DNA of 64,000 nt from Tricharina praecox (Eukaryota). The stretch is from assembly GCF_024521635.1 (NCBI RefSeq), contig NW_026250410.1, forward strand, positions 992,001 through 1,056,000, written 5' to 3'. Shown here one piece after another: positions 13,724 to 26,333 of this stretch (position 1 is the first letter of the stretch; every line of letters begins with the position of its first letter). The notes under the pieces are model-generated. The model searched no databases. It saw only the letters and a program-made list of their open reading frames with translations, and was not told the DNA's origin. A program made the position numbers and the translations under genes.

Positions 13724-16196
13724 GACTGGTTGGGGAAGGACGGGTGGGACACCTGCGGGTTGGGGAGACAGTTCACGTCAGCGATCTGTTGCACAGCGAT
13801 GTTGGGGATTCTGCCAGACGACATACTCGAGAGACCGCGACACACGCACACACGCTAGGCAGTACACCTGCCCTTCTTTTAAAATTATGTGGGCGTTAGG
13901 TTGTAAACCGTAAAGCTGGTTGTTCTGGATGTTTGATTATCTCAGACTTTTTGGTTGGTTAGGTTTGGTTAGATATCAACGCGGCGAGTCGGGAGTGACA
14001 AGTCGTTCGGGGTCGGTCAGAAGTAGAATTGGTGAAGTGAAGGGCGAGCCAGCTGCAGTGGTGGCTTCAGGCTTGGCACTGTCCGGACGCGCCCCTCGCT
14101 CGCAAGTGTGTGTAGTGGTGGTAGTGGCAGCTGTGGTGAGAAGCGAATCCGCATAGCGAGAAAGGCGTCCGTTCACTCGGCTTCTTCCCTGTCCTCCTCT
14201 TCTATCTTCTCTTCTCTTCTCCGCTTTGGAATGAAAAGAAGATGATTAAGATCTGCCCCGCGTTTCTCGCTCTGGGGGGAGGGGGAAAGTGAAGTGGCGG
14301 GTGAGATTGGGGCAGTCACCCGCCCATCCGCTCCGCCATCCCATCATCATCACCACCACCACGACCACCACCACCCGTACGTGGCCGGCATGCGAGAAGC
14401 AATCGCCGCCACCACCACCACCACCACCACCTCTACCTCCAACAGGCAGTGTGTAGAAGTATGCAGCATGGCCTCCTCAGCCCATCCGACATCCACCTCA
14501 GCCCATCCGACGTTCCCGACTCCATCCATGATCTTCCTCTTTCCTCCATCTTTGACCCCACACGATTCCCAAAGAAAACCCCCGACCCTCATCGCCTGCA
14601 TCTAACTCGGCACGATAAACCCCACAGGGACGGGAATCTCTCTCTCCCTCTTTCTCTCAGAGAATTTCAAAAATGAAGCCCCTCTCTCCCGTCCATCAAT
14701 CCAGACCGAACCAATCTGTCTGGCAATGATGATGACACGGGCAGCATAACAACATATCAAACACAGAAAAAGGACAGAAAAATAACAATATCCAAACCGA
14801 GCATGGCTCTTTCTTCCCCTTCCTCTTTTTTTCGTACCATTGCACAGCCCGCCGGGCTGCAGTGTGTCGGTGGCAGACAAGGCGAGGCAACCCCCCCTCC
14901 CCCCGCCCCCCCCCCAGGCCAGCTCTTCTCACAGCCGCCAAAATCTGGTTGACGTCGCGTGTGTATGTAATCGGGTCACCGCCGAAGACCCGTCCCCGAT
15001 AAATGTGGCCGAATGATCTCCGTTTGACGACCAGCGACGACGACGACGACGACAGACGATATATATCTGCCTATCTGCCTGTTTGTCTTCCCGTCTTTGA
15101 CGGGCCGTTTTCTCGAACCATCATGGGAGCTCCAGGGAGGGTGTGTATCTACTGCCGAAGCTTTGGAAGGGACAGACCACCACTGGCAACCGCCAATATA
15201 AAGTTGTGTTGTCTTCTTCTTCTTCCTCTTCTTCTTTCGCGTGCGCGTCATCATGACCCCTCCATACCATCGCCCATCCAGTACAAGAATTAGTTCTGTC
15301 GGCACCGTGCTGCTTGCTGTTTTCGTCGCGAAAAAAAAGCCGAGAGACAACGGCGACAACGACGACGGCCGGTCGACCCTTCCTCGGGGCTGTATTCCTG
15401 TGTCTGCCTGATGCTGCTGCAGGTTGCTTCATTCCCTATAATCCGAGAAAACCCGGCGCCATGTTCGACCCCGCGGAAAGCGGATAATGATCGGAACAAG
15501 CGATAATCGCGTCCCATCCCATGCCATCCCCTTTCATTTCGTTCCGTTCAGTGCCTTTGAGTCCTGTCCCGTAAAAGTTGGGGTTGGAGTTGGAGGTGAA
15601 TATCAAGTCTCTGCCGGGCGCCGTGGGGGGTGAATGAAGTGAAGTGACGTATAGATATCAGTTCCAGATCCAGTTCCAGTTTCCTGGCGAGTTCGCATCG
15701 CCGCGCGACCACCGTCGCCGCCGAAGCTTCCGTTCCGCGACGGGACCCATCTGTCACGTCAGTAAAACACTTAAGAGCCCCAATGGCATGCGGGTTCTGT
15801 TCTGTTGCGAGCGACGACGTTCGGATTCGCAGGGCGTGGTGGGACAGTGGGTTGCGGTTTTGGGGGTATTAGGAATCATGGGGCGGTGGTGGGTGTGGGT
15901 CTTGGCTTGGCTTGTTCTTGGTGGTGGCTGCATCTCAAAACATCGAGGAACGCTGTGAGTGATCGATCCTCAGAAAAATTCACCCACACAAGAAGGGAGC
16001 AAATTCAACAGAATCCCAACAGTCATCTTCAATACTATATTAAAGGGCGCTTCAAGAATCTCACTTCGCTATATACTTTGGTATATTCCAAGCCCCCCAT
16101 CGTCCACAAATAAAACTCCATCAGATATGCAAACGCCCAACAATTACACACATACAAACACCTAAAAGAAATTCTAGTGCACGCTCCCAGTTCCAA

Positions 16197-19100
16197 CTAC
16201 GCTAGCATATACGAAAGATCCGGCAGCCCGTCAATGATCTTTTTGATTATCTCGCCTTCTTCCATCTCCCTCTTTCCCTTTGTCGGGGTGGGCGGCACCG
16301 GAGCATCCCATAGATCTTTTCGTACAGGCGGTGGTGGCGCTGGTGGTTGACTTGGCTTGTCGAAGAATGAGAGGTCCCACTCGGTTGATGCTGGTGCTGC
16401 TGTGATAGATGTGGTTGTGGCTGATCCTCCGAAACTAAATGCAGTGCCATTGCTGCCCAAGCCCGTCGCTACCGTTGAGGTGTTGGTTGAGAAAGCATCA
16501 AGCCCGTTGAATAAACTCCCACCAAGCCCTGCAAACAGATCCATACCAGCGTCAGAGGATATGGAGGGTTTTGCCGAGTGAGATGGAAGCGACATGGGCA
16601 CTGGCGTCTGCATGCGGGAGGTATTATCAACAGATTTAGTTGGTGACTGCATCTCGCCCCATTCATCGTCGTCGCGAACCAGATCGTGATCATTATTTAT
16701 AGCGATTGACAGAGCGGAAGGTTGTGGTGGTAGCGGCTTGTTGGTGGTCTCCGGGGCTGGGGGTAGTTGTTTGGCTATTTCCACTGGTTTTTTCGTGCTG
16801 ATGACACTGTCGGGTCGGGAGCTGATTGTACTATTGCGAGATGATATCGGCGAAGCGGGGCTTGATGGTAGTGCTGGAGGGGACGTTGGCTTGATCGACT
16901 CGAAGGCAGCCCATCCATCGCCTGAATCTCGGGGCAAAGGGGTTGTTGCCTTTGATGGTGTTGAGACGAGCGCCTCGAATGCACCCCAGTCATCCGAGGA
17001 TTGCGATGCAGGTTGAGCATTCACCGCTACACTCGGGGTACATGGCTTATTGAAGCTATCAAAGCTATTTCCCCAGTCGTCCATGCTTGATGTGACTTGC
17101 GTAGTCGGAGGTATTTCGTCTTTGGCCGGAGGCTCAGGTGCCACGTCGTTTGGCACTTGCATCTTTGGTGTTGGGGGGCCGCTGGCCATTGCGGATGATG
17201 CAAATGACGCTACGGTGGGCGAATTTTGCCTCGTACCGCGTCCAAGAGTCAATGAGACTCTCCGAGATGCAGGCCTTGAGTTGGCAGCGCTCAAAGGTAG
17301 CACATCAAAGCTTGACTTTTCAAACGGTGAATTGTGGCCGCTGAAGCTTGCCTTGGCTAGCGGGGACGGATGGTTGCTCGAGCTAGCCCATCCAAAGTGA
17401 GGTGTAAGAGGTGAAGGGACGGATGATCGTTGTATCGACGGGGGCACCGTTGACGTGTTGAGCGGTAGAGGTGGTGTACGCAGCCCGCTCTCACTGGTGT
17501 GTCGGGAATGTGTTTGCAAGGCAGGAACAATTTTCGGCGTACCGAGAGAAAGTCGTTTGTTGGCCTCACTTGATATCGGCGACGGCGACGGCGACGACCC
17601 AGCTCCCCATCCAAACATGGAACTCAGATTCTGTACACTTTTACGCCCATGCCCTCCAGTGCTTTGTGTTTCGGTCAGCCACTTGGCCACAATCTTGTGC
17701 ACCTCGCCTTGCACATTTGACCCAGGCCAGGTGACGCGGACGTAGTCGTCGTCGTCTACAGCGTTCTTCTTGCGTAGCGTTCCGTCTTGCGTCAATCGAT
17801 ACCACGCTTTCCGTCTACAGAGCTATTGTCAGCAGACGGTCATATTCTACCTACGATTCAGATCACTCACGCTCCAGTGGTGTGTATCACCTCGCCCTCT
17901 ACCGGAGGCGGATCGGGTGAGCTAGTCGGTATGGGGTAGAGTTTGCGGACGAGTGATATGTCTATATTGAATGCCGGGACACCGTCTGAGGGCGGCGGCG
18001 GCGGCGGAGGTGGGGACGACGGGGCTACAGCCTCGGGCTGTACCTCGGGCTCGGTTCCAACAAAGTCATCGAATTCCGCCTCCTCGGCAAAGTCTCCGAA
18101 ATCGTCATCACCTCCGGCATCCTCGGTATCTGAAGATTCCTCATCGTGCACTTGAGTGTCGGCGGGTGGCTTGTCTTGGGTAGTGTCCGACGACAGCTCC
18201 ACCTCCGTGACTGACCCATTGACGTCCGTATGTATAGCTGTGGTTGTTGGTGTTGTTGGTGCTGCGGGCGGCTCAATTTGCGGGCTATCTCGGTCTTCCT
18301 CTTCCCTTTCCTCTTCCTCTTCCTCTTCCTCTTCACTCTGCTCACTCTGCTCACGAGTCGGAGAGGAAGGAGAAGTTTCGGGTAATACTTCCGCGGACTC
18401 CGACCTTTCTCCGACCTCCGCCACCACCACCACCACCACCACCACAGTCTCCGCCTCTTCCTCTTTCTCTTGCCCAATTTCCCCCTCTTCTGCTTCTTCC
18501 ACCTCAGCTTCTTCTACATCAGCCTCCTTTACCTCTGTCACCTTCTCCACTCCGCCATCAACAGCTCCCCCCACATGTATATCCAACCCCACCTCTTGCG
18601 TCTGATCGAACGACGACCCATCCATCTCCACCTTCTCCAGCACCGGCGATGTCGCCGTCTCCACATCAGGCTCAATCTTTGAACTTTCCGCCCTCTCCGC
18701 CACATCATCAAGCACATCACTCGCCGCGCTCCACTCGACCTCCTCGATAGTCGGTGGCACCGGCTTCTGCAGCTCTAGGTCAAGCTGTGGAGTTTCCACG
18801 GGAACCGGCACCTCCTCATCTTCCCCGTGTGTAGAGCCCTCATGTATAGAGCTAGCAGCACCCCACTCCGAGCCGGCCCCCCACTGCTCATACCCGTTCC
18901 CGGGGCCGGGCGAGAACCCCTTCACTCCCGCCGCGGCCCACAGCCCAGGCCCATCATCGTCGGCGGTATTCGCAACCGCCCAATCCGAAAGCGGCTCGGT
19001 AGAAGTAGTAGTCGTAGTCGTCGCCCAGGCCGACGTCTCGCCAAAGCTGTCCGCCCACGGATCCTTCGATTTCGCGGCCGTGGAGTCGTCGTGTTTCTTC

Positions 19101-19219
19101 GTAACAGTAATCGTGGGGGCAGCGGCAGTGGTTGTGGTGGAAGTGGTGGCAGCAGTCGTGGTCGTGGTCGTGGTATCATCCGCCCACGGCGAGCCCCAGC
19201 CGTCCGCGTCGTCGTCCAT
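16197..19219 (-). CDS. Largely disordered protein with many acidic-aromatic adaptor-binding motifs; aftiphilin-like candidate; exons 19219-17871, 17814-16197 (988 aa)
   Basis: Two long ORFs joined in frame by intron 17870-17815 (GTGAGT..CTGAC..TAG). Conserved-looking block RKAWYRL..GTLRK..DDYVRVTWPGS and C-terminal IIDGLPDLSYMLA. The function call is inference. Confidence 0.85.
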
Positions 19220-20784
19220 GCTGCAGCTGTGATGATGCCGGTGGATGGGATGGAACGTCGAGCATGTTCCGTTCGTCGCGGTCCGGTGGCAGGCGACGGG
19301 GGGTGCTGTCAAAGCGGGACGCTAGATGCTGTGGTGCTAACTATAGTGGTCGTTGGTTGGCTGGAACGTGATGACACTCTTTTGCTTGCTTTGCGCCCCT
19401 GGTTGCGCTGGCCGGTGGCTGCACGTGCGCGTGGCTTGGCTAAGGGGACTATGATATGGAGCTTGAAACATGATTCACCATACTATGGAGACATACTACC
19501 GCAACACAGCGCTGATACTCTAGATTACCTCGAGCTTGCAAACGGATCGATGACCGGTGACCGCGTCTGGGAATAGGAGACTGGGAGGTGTCATCGCCGC
19601 CGCCGCCGCCCACACGCCCACAAGCCGTGTCGCAGCCGCAGCCCGGATCATCCTATCTTCACGCCTCGTATGATGCCTCGTATGATACTACTCTACATAC
19701 ACCTACACAGAAGAGCACTCGGCCAGCGCCGGCAATAGAGAAAGTACTCTGCCGGCCCTTCTTTCCCAAACAGAACGGCGCGCGTACCTTACTCAGCTAG
19801 GTAACAAACGTAGTGTACCTACTGGCACACACACAGTACGATTCAGCAGAGATCCGACCAGGTACTTTTGTATGTAGAACGCAGCATCGACCCATGGACC
19901 ATGGACCAGCAAAGCAAAGCAAAGCAGAGATATCACACACATGACAGTAGCTCAGCTCCACTACCTACGGCGTTCCTGCATGCAGGAACTTGGAAGGGCT
20001 AGGTATCTTTGCCCTAAGCAAGTGTAGGTACGTACGATGGTACCGTAGGTGTCCATATCCATGACCTGGAACCTGGTGCTGGCCGTTGAAACTTGACCGT
20101 TGGCCGTTGAACTAAATCCTGAGATCATACCTGTTCTTTGGGTACATACATACCGTACCCTAGTCTCTAGAGTGCTTATGTAGGTACAAGTGGCCATCCT
20201 CGGCGCTGCAATGCACTGTGATTCTGTGAATTGAAGTCACCTAGGTACCTATGCAAGTGATGGCCCATGAAGGAGTCGCTGGATAAATAACTCAAATCAA
20301 CTCGCAGGGTCGCAGTCAGGCTACGGACATACGGTGCAGAGTTACAGCCTTCATATATGTACCTAGGAAGCTCCATTCCTCCTGTGGTCCATCGGGACTA
20401 ACCTACCTACACACAGGTAGAAGCACAGCTTCTCGGCCAACCACATGTGCAGAATCCGGCAGAGGACTCTTCACACCTACCTGGTATGATATGTAGCATG
20501 CAGAACGCAGAACGCAGAATCCGACGGGCGACGCTCGTTCCTTCTTCCTTCCTTCCTTCCTACCAGTACCGGTATACCTGAGGTGATTATGTATGGCTCG
20601 CCGCATTACGTCCACACCCACCCGCACACACGCAGGCCGCACGCCGCGCTGCACCGCATTGACCATTCCACCACCCACCGTACAGCGACGTACCGCGACG
20701 TGCCACGTATCTTGAGCGACCATGGACTTGTGCACTCTTGTGCACTCCTGTGCAGCACAATGTTATGCAAGCTCCACCACCCCC

Positions 20785-20822
20785 CACCACCACCACCACC
20801 ACCACCACCACCACCACCACCA
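20785..20822. repeat. (CAC)n microsatellite
   Basis: Directly visible. Confidence 0.85.
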
Positions 20823-23800
20823 GCTCCTCCTCCTCGTTCGGCAACGCGGAACACATAGCTCAAAGCCCACAGCCCATCAAAGAGGACCGTTGACGATGCT
20901 CATCACTGGGCGGAACCAGTGGCTCCCCTTCCATCCATCCAGCCAGCCATCTTGGCCCGATCTCGTGAGATTTCCGAGCTTGCCGAGGTTTTCGTTACCT
21001 ATGTATGCATACATACGAAAGGTGAGTCCAACTGTCGGAGGCGGCCGATGGATGGATGGGTGGGTGGATGGGTGGATGGATAGAACGTGGCTGGCCAGTG
21101 GTGTCGTAGTGAGAAGTGAGATGCGACACACTCCCAGAACTTCCCACGGTTTAAATTTCGGGATGGATTTCGGGATGAATTGAAATGAAAAGAGGGCCGG
21201 GGTTTGATCTGATTCGACTCAGGCCCAGGCCCAGGCAAAAGGCATGAAGGCCAGAAGAAACGTGATACCTGGGTGCCTATGACGTTGTCTGCCAGCCTGA
21301 AGTGACGGTGACGGTGACGGTGCTGAGTAGAGCACCTACCAGGTATAAGGTAGGTCGCACCGGGCTTCAGCCTTTGAACCCGGTGATCTCTCGAACGACC
21401 AATGGGCGGACACCGGTACATACGTTGGGGGTCCGACATGGGGAAACTTCCGGTGCGGGCAGAGAAGTTTCTGCCAGCCTGTGGCCAGGAGCTTCTGAGA
21501 TCTCCATCCACCCATCCACCCATCCACCCATCCATCCATCCAGCCCTTAGACATGCTCGTGCCGAAGAAGAAGAAGAAGAAAAATGCAAGCCGCTATTTA
21601 CCGAACCGTTCGCTTCAAAGTTCAAGCAGGCAGGCTCTTGGCGGACTGAGGCTCGCTCGGCTGTAGCTGGCGAAAACGGCAGTGTAGCAAGCAGAGACAT
21701 TTGATGGGGGGCACTGGGGCACTGGGACACTGGGGCACTGGGGCAGTGGAAGGCAGTGGAAGGACGCATAGGTCGGCATCAACGTCGTGAAGAAATGTGA
21801 CGATAGTTAGCCTTTCTATGTAGATGCTTTGCCCTAGGTACCGTAGTGTGCTTGCTGTACCGGTACCACCTATGATAGGAATCGCTCCGTCTCTGCCGCT
21901 AACTGATGCCCAACTTAGTGCAGAAACAAGAGTTGCGGCTCCTTGCGGCTCTCCTACGACTCGGCTGCGGCTCGGCGGGAGAGAGAGAGAGAAAAGTAAA
22001 CGAGACAGCACGTTCCGAGACTTAACCCGTGGCCCGCCCGTCGGCATCGTCTACCAACCCACCTACGTACTCTGGAGTATGGGCATCGGTCGGATCTCGC
22101 GAACGCCATTCGCCTGCGGCTACCCTCCCACCGTCGAGATTAAAATATCTGCAGCCTCCAGCAAGTTGCAGCAAGTGCAGCCTAGAAGGGAATGGTCGCA
22201 TTGATGGCGGTGGTCGCATTGGTGGGCATTAGTGTGCGATTTATTGGAATTGGACGATCTGCCCTGCCCTGCCAGCGCATCACTTTTTTCTTCATGCATG
22301 CTCGACTGGGTGCAGACAGGGTGGCCTATCAGAAGAGGGCTGGGCTGGGCTGGGGGAGGAGGGCTGCTAGGGGGAGGATGGGCTGGGGGATATGGAGGGG
22401 AGGGCTGCTGGGGGGGATGGAGAAGGGGAGGGGGGAGGGGGAAACATGTGACTTGGGCGGTGATGGGTCGTGATGGATATGGGATATGGAGGTTCGGGAT
22501 TGGAACACTTCCTTGTTGATGGGAGCTGCGGATGCTCTCCACTCTACTTCGGACAACTCCACGGCGCACGCCGGAGCAGCAAGACGTGTCGGTTGTGATA
22601 TCGGGCTTCCGGTACTAGTAGTTAACACCCCAGCACCCGTCCGCGAGCCTTCTCGGCGGCGGCGTCATCCCGCGTGCCCGCCTTTACTGTCCGCCTTTAG
22701 AGCACCGTCCGCCTTTACCGCCCGAATTAAATACCGGTAGGTACTAGCTGTAGAGCTCACCCGTAATGGCGAATATCGATTCGCTCGATAACACTAGGAG
22801 CTTTGCCGCTGCTAGAAGGGATCAAAGAGATGGCTGAAGCGGCATGGAGTTCTGGTGGTGTCGTCGTCGTTGCGAGGCTAGGGACTGTGGCTGTGGCGGA
22901 GGATTCGCCGATTCCCGAAGCCTTGAACTGACTGACGAACGACGAACGGCACTGTGAGATTCATCATTCGTAGAGCTGTCTGTGGGCATGCTTGCTCCTA
23001 TGTACCTATGGTGCTGTAGGTGCTTTAGAGTACCTACCGGTACCGATTTACCTCACCTTACCTCAAAGCCATGCTGAAAATAAAACATCCTTCGTCTCCA
23101 ACTGGAGATCCAGTTCAATGGGGAGCCCTACATGAGTAAGTATGTTGGTAGGACGTCTCACCGTGGTTGGAACTTGGTGGTGTGAGAGCCTGAGCACCGA
23201 GAGTGAGGAACTCGCCGGACCATCTACGGTATCTACGGTAGTAGCTACGGTAACTATCCTGGTCATTGCGGGGTGTGGAAGGCTGGAGCCAATAGGACCC
23301 TCCCGAGTCCCCAGTGCCCACCACCTAATTCGTGGATAGATAGACGTTTCGCTAACCTCCACCATCATGTTTTGTTTATACCCGCGCCTGGTGCGCTTAT
23401 AGGTATATGTTTCGCATCTCCAGCTTCATCTTCAGCTTCACGCTGCTGCACCGTGGTTACTCTAAAGTGGGTATATATTACAACCCCACGGGCCTCGACA
23501 CGCCGATTGATAACACCCAGGCATGAAGCATGTACTCTATCGTCGAAGCTTCAGCACAGTGACTCGACAACGTCACGGTGGCTGACGTTCACGGCTCATC
23601 ACCGTCGTCATGGGAGCGCACGTTCCCGAATCGAGTCCCTTCCTCATCACATCTCACCTGGCCAGCCAGCAAGTTACCTACATCGAAAACGCCCGTTTGA
23701 CCATACCATCATACCTAACATCATGCCATGCCATCTCGGAAACAGAAGGAACAGTCCGAACAGAAAGTTCAAAGTCGTGAGACTCGTTGCGGATGCGGAA

Positions 23801-26321
23801 AGACTCGGGTGGACCGTGGGGGACGGAGCAGGTAGGCACGAGGTAGACAGTCCAGACTCCAGACTCCAGACTCCAGTGCACGATTAGATACCTGATGCAA
23901 ACACCCAAACGCCCGCACCCGGGAGGAAACGACATCGTTGCGGAGGCCGGAGGATCACAGGTTCGCATCTTCACCAGGTCTTATCCAAAGATCCAAAGCG
24001 GTAGGGGGTATCAAGTTCCACCTACCTAGTCAACTCGCAGTCGGCACGTCTAGCTCGCAGGCGCCATTCGCTTCTTCATCCCGCCGAACGCCATGTTTTG
24101 GGCGGGGGTGATTCTCGTCACAAACAGGCCCCGTGGACAAGTGCCGTATCGCCAAGTCCGACGTAGGTAGGCGGTGTACGGTATTTCAAGTTCTAAAGGG
24201 CGAAGCCGACGATCTACATACGCAGCAATCTACTCTATGTATGTAGGGCGATTGTCGGGTTTAGTGTGCTCTCCAGCTCTAAGCGCGGGCCGGGTGTAAG
24301 ATATGTGAGGCACTGAGGGGTTGGCGGGAGGGGAAGTGGGGAGTGGAATACGACCACCGAGTCACCGTGAGCTGTTCAGCCTTCCTCTGGCCTTCAAAGT
24401 TCAAAGTCCTGAGTGATGTGAGGCTACATACTGGAGGAAGCGCGGTAAGGCGGCACGATGAAGCCATCCGCAAGACTCCGCACCTTGCCTACGATAGGTA
24501 TTGCGAGTTGCGGGGGGCTTTTCAAGGTTGGGGGTTCGGGTGACATGCACAAGCTTCTCGAGATCGTTTCACCCAAATTCCCGAGCAGCGTCAGGGCGAA
24601 CCGATGGCAGGGTACTCGATAGTACTAGTTGGTGACTTGCAGCTGCTGACTGTCCTCGAGATGTTCCGACGGTGGTGGTGGTGGTGGTGGTCGGGGATGC
24701 CGGAAGGGGTGGGTAGGGCTTGAAGCGGAGGTGAGGTTCGACTCCTCTCTCGTCACTCTCCTCAAAGTCGCATGTGACCCCTGTCGCTGCGCTGTCGTTT
24801 CGTCGTCCGACCAATCGTAAACGGCTGCCGAAAAGCACCGTCATGCAGCCGCACGCAAGGAGTCGAAAACAGACTCCTCTCTCTCGCTCTCTCCATCTGT
24901 TCCTTGCAACACCTGACGGCGCGGCATCGAGCAGCAGCAGCATCGTATCACAAGCAGCGTTCAGCAGCCCGGACTGGCCACATTGGCCAGGAGTTGCGAG
25001 CACGGTGCGAGTGCAATCTGATACCCGCAGCGGGGCCAGGTGCAGACATGTATCGTATCTATCATAGTATTTGCCGGTCTCTCTCTGCGACGTTCGGCGG
25101 CTGGCTGGATGGCTCGACGGAAACGGGGGTGCTGGCCAGGGAGGGGGAGAGGGAGAGGCAGAGGGAAGGGAAGCAACGGAAAGAAAAGAAACAAAGAGAA
25201 ACAAAGAGCAGAAACTCGACCCGAGATATCCCAAGCAATGACGCTGGTGCTGATCCGCCACCGTGACTCGATTATGTAGTTGGTGGTGGTTGGCTTGCCC
25301 ACCGCGTCCATGACGGCCGCGAACGAGCACAGCAGAAGTCGAAGAACGACTGAAGAACAACTTCCCTCATAGCCCCCCTTCCCCGTTCTCCCGCAGTCAT
25401 CGCCATCATATGCAACTCCTCGCACCGGCCTCGTAGAAAAGCCACTCGTCATCCGTCTTTGCACCCTCTGGCGTCCAAGTCACCCAATCCCGTTCGTCGC
25501 CAGCGCACCCTCTTCTTCTTCATCCTCTTCATCCTCGCCATCCATCCATCCATCCCGCCCACTCTCCGCCTCCGCCCCCTCCCTCCCCATCCAAATCCCG
25601 CGCGCGAAAAGAGTGCGGCCCTTCGACTGCATATCTAGTCCGCAAGGCAGTTGGATCTCGTCTCGACCCCCGCGACGAATCAGACCGCCAGGCACTTCGT
25701 CCACAGAATCCGGAGAGCAAATCGCTTTGCTGTCGAGTCAGCACGGGCAGAAGTGGCAGCAGTAGGCCCAGCATCATTTCCCTAAGGCAGGTAGAGTACC
25801 TAGAGTCGCAGCAAGCAAGCACGCAGCAAGCACGCAGCAGCAAAAGCACAGAAGCACCGCGACACCAGCCATACACACGCAACTGCCACCCCCCCTCCTA
25901 GCACCCCTCCCACCCCTCCACCTCAGCGCGACTCTCGCTATCCGATTCACCAGTTCTGCGATTCCATCGTCTTCGCCCGCAACTTCCCAGTCGCTGTCGC
26001 AATCAAAGCCATCTATTTTCCCCCACTTCCTTCTCTTGCCGGGGGGCTATCGTTCTACCTATTCAAACTCCCAAGTAACCTATTCTCAGCTCCGCCCGTG
26101 ATTATCTGTTGATTTTTTTCTTCTTCTCCTTCTTCTCCGGACTACTGCTGCTACTACTGCTACTGTGTCGTTGGGTGCCCCCCCCCGTTCGCTCTCTTGT
26201 CGTCGAGCGTTCCCGAGTCCAGAACTACAACTTCTCACGCCTTCTCCGAACCGGTTACGCCTGGTCAACCTGCTGTTTACTTGTCTATATTGAACTTCGA
26301 CTCATCCCGTCCCATACCTCC

Positions 26322-26333
26322 ATGGACTCATGA
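26322..26333 (+). promoter_or_regulatory. Minimal uORF ATG-GAC-TCA-TGA whose stop overlaps the predicted main ATG (ATGA)
   Basis: Sequence cATGGACTCATGAaggaa; main start inferred at 26330. Confidence 0.5.

Noticed and set aside
24668..24760. tRNA T-arm/B-box-like GAGGTTCGACTCCTC
   Set aside because: No D-arm or anticodon arm; the upstream sequence is a (GGT)n microsatellite.
19300..26300. Numerous 60-260-aa ORFs in the long spacer
   Set aside because: Low-complexity, SSR-derived translations without codon bias, motifs or consistent splice structure.
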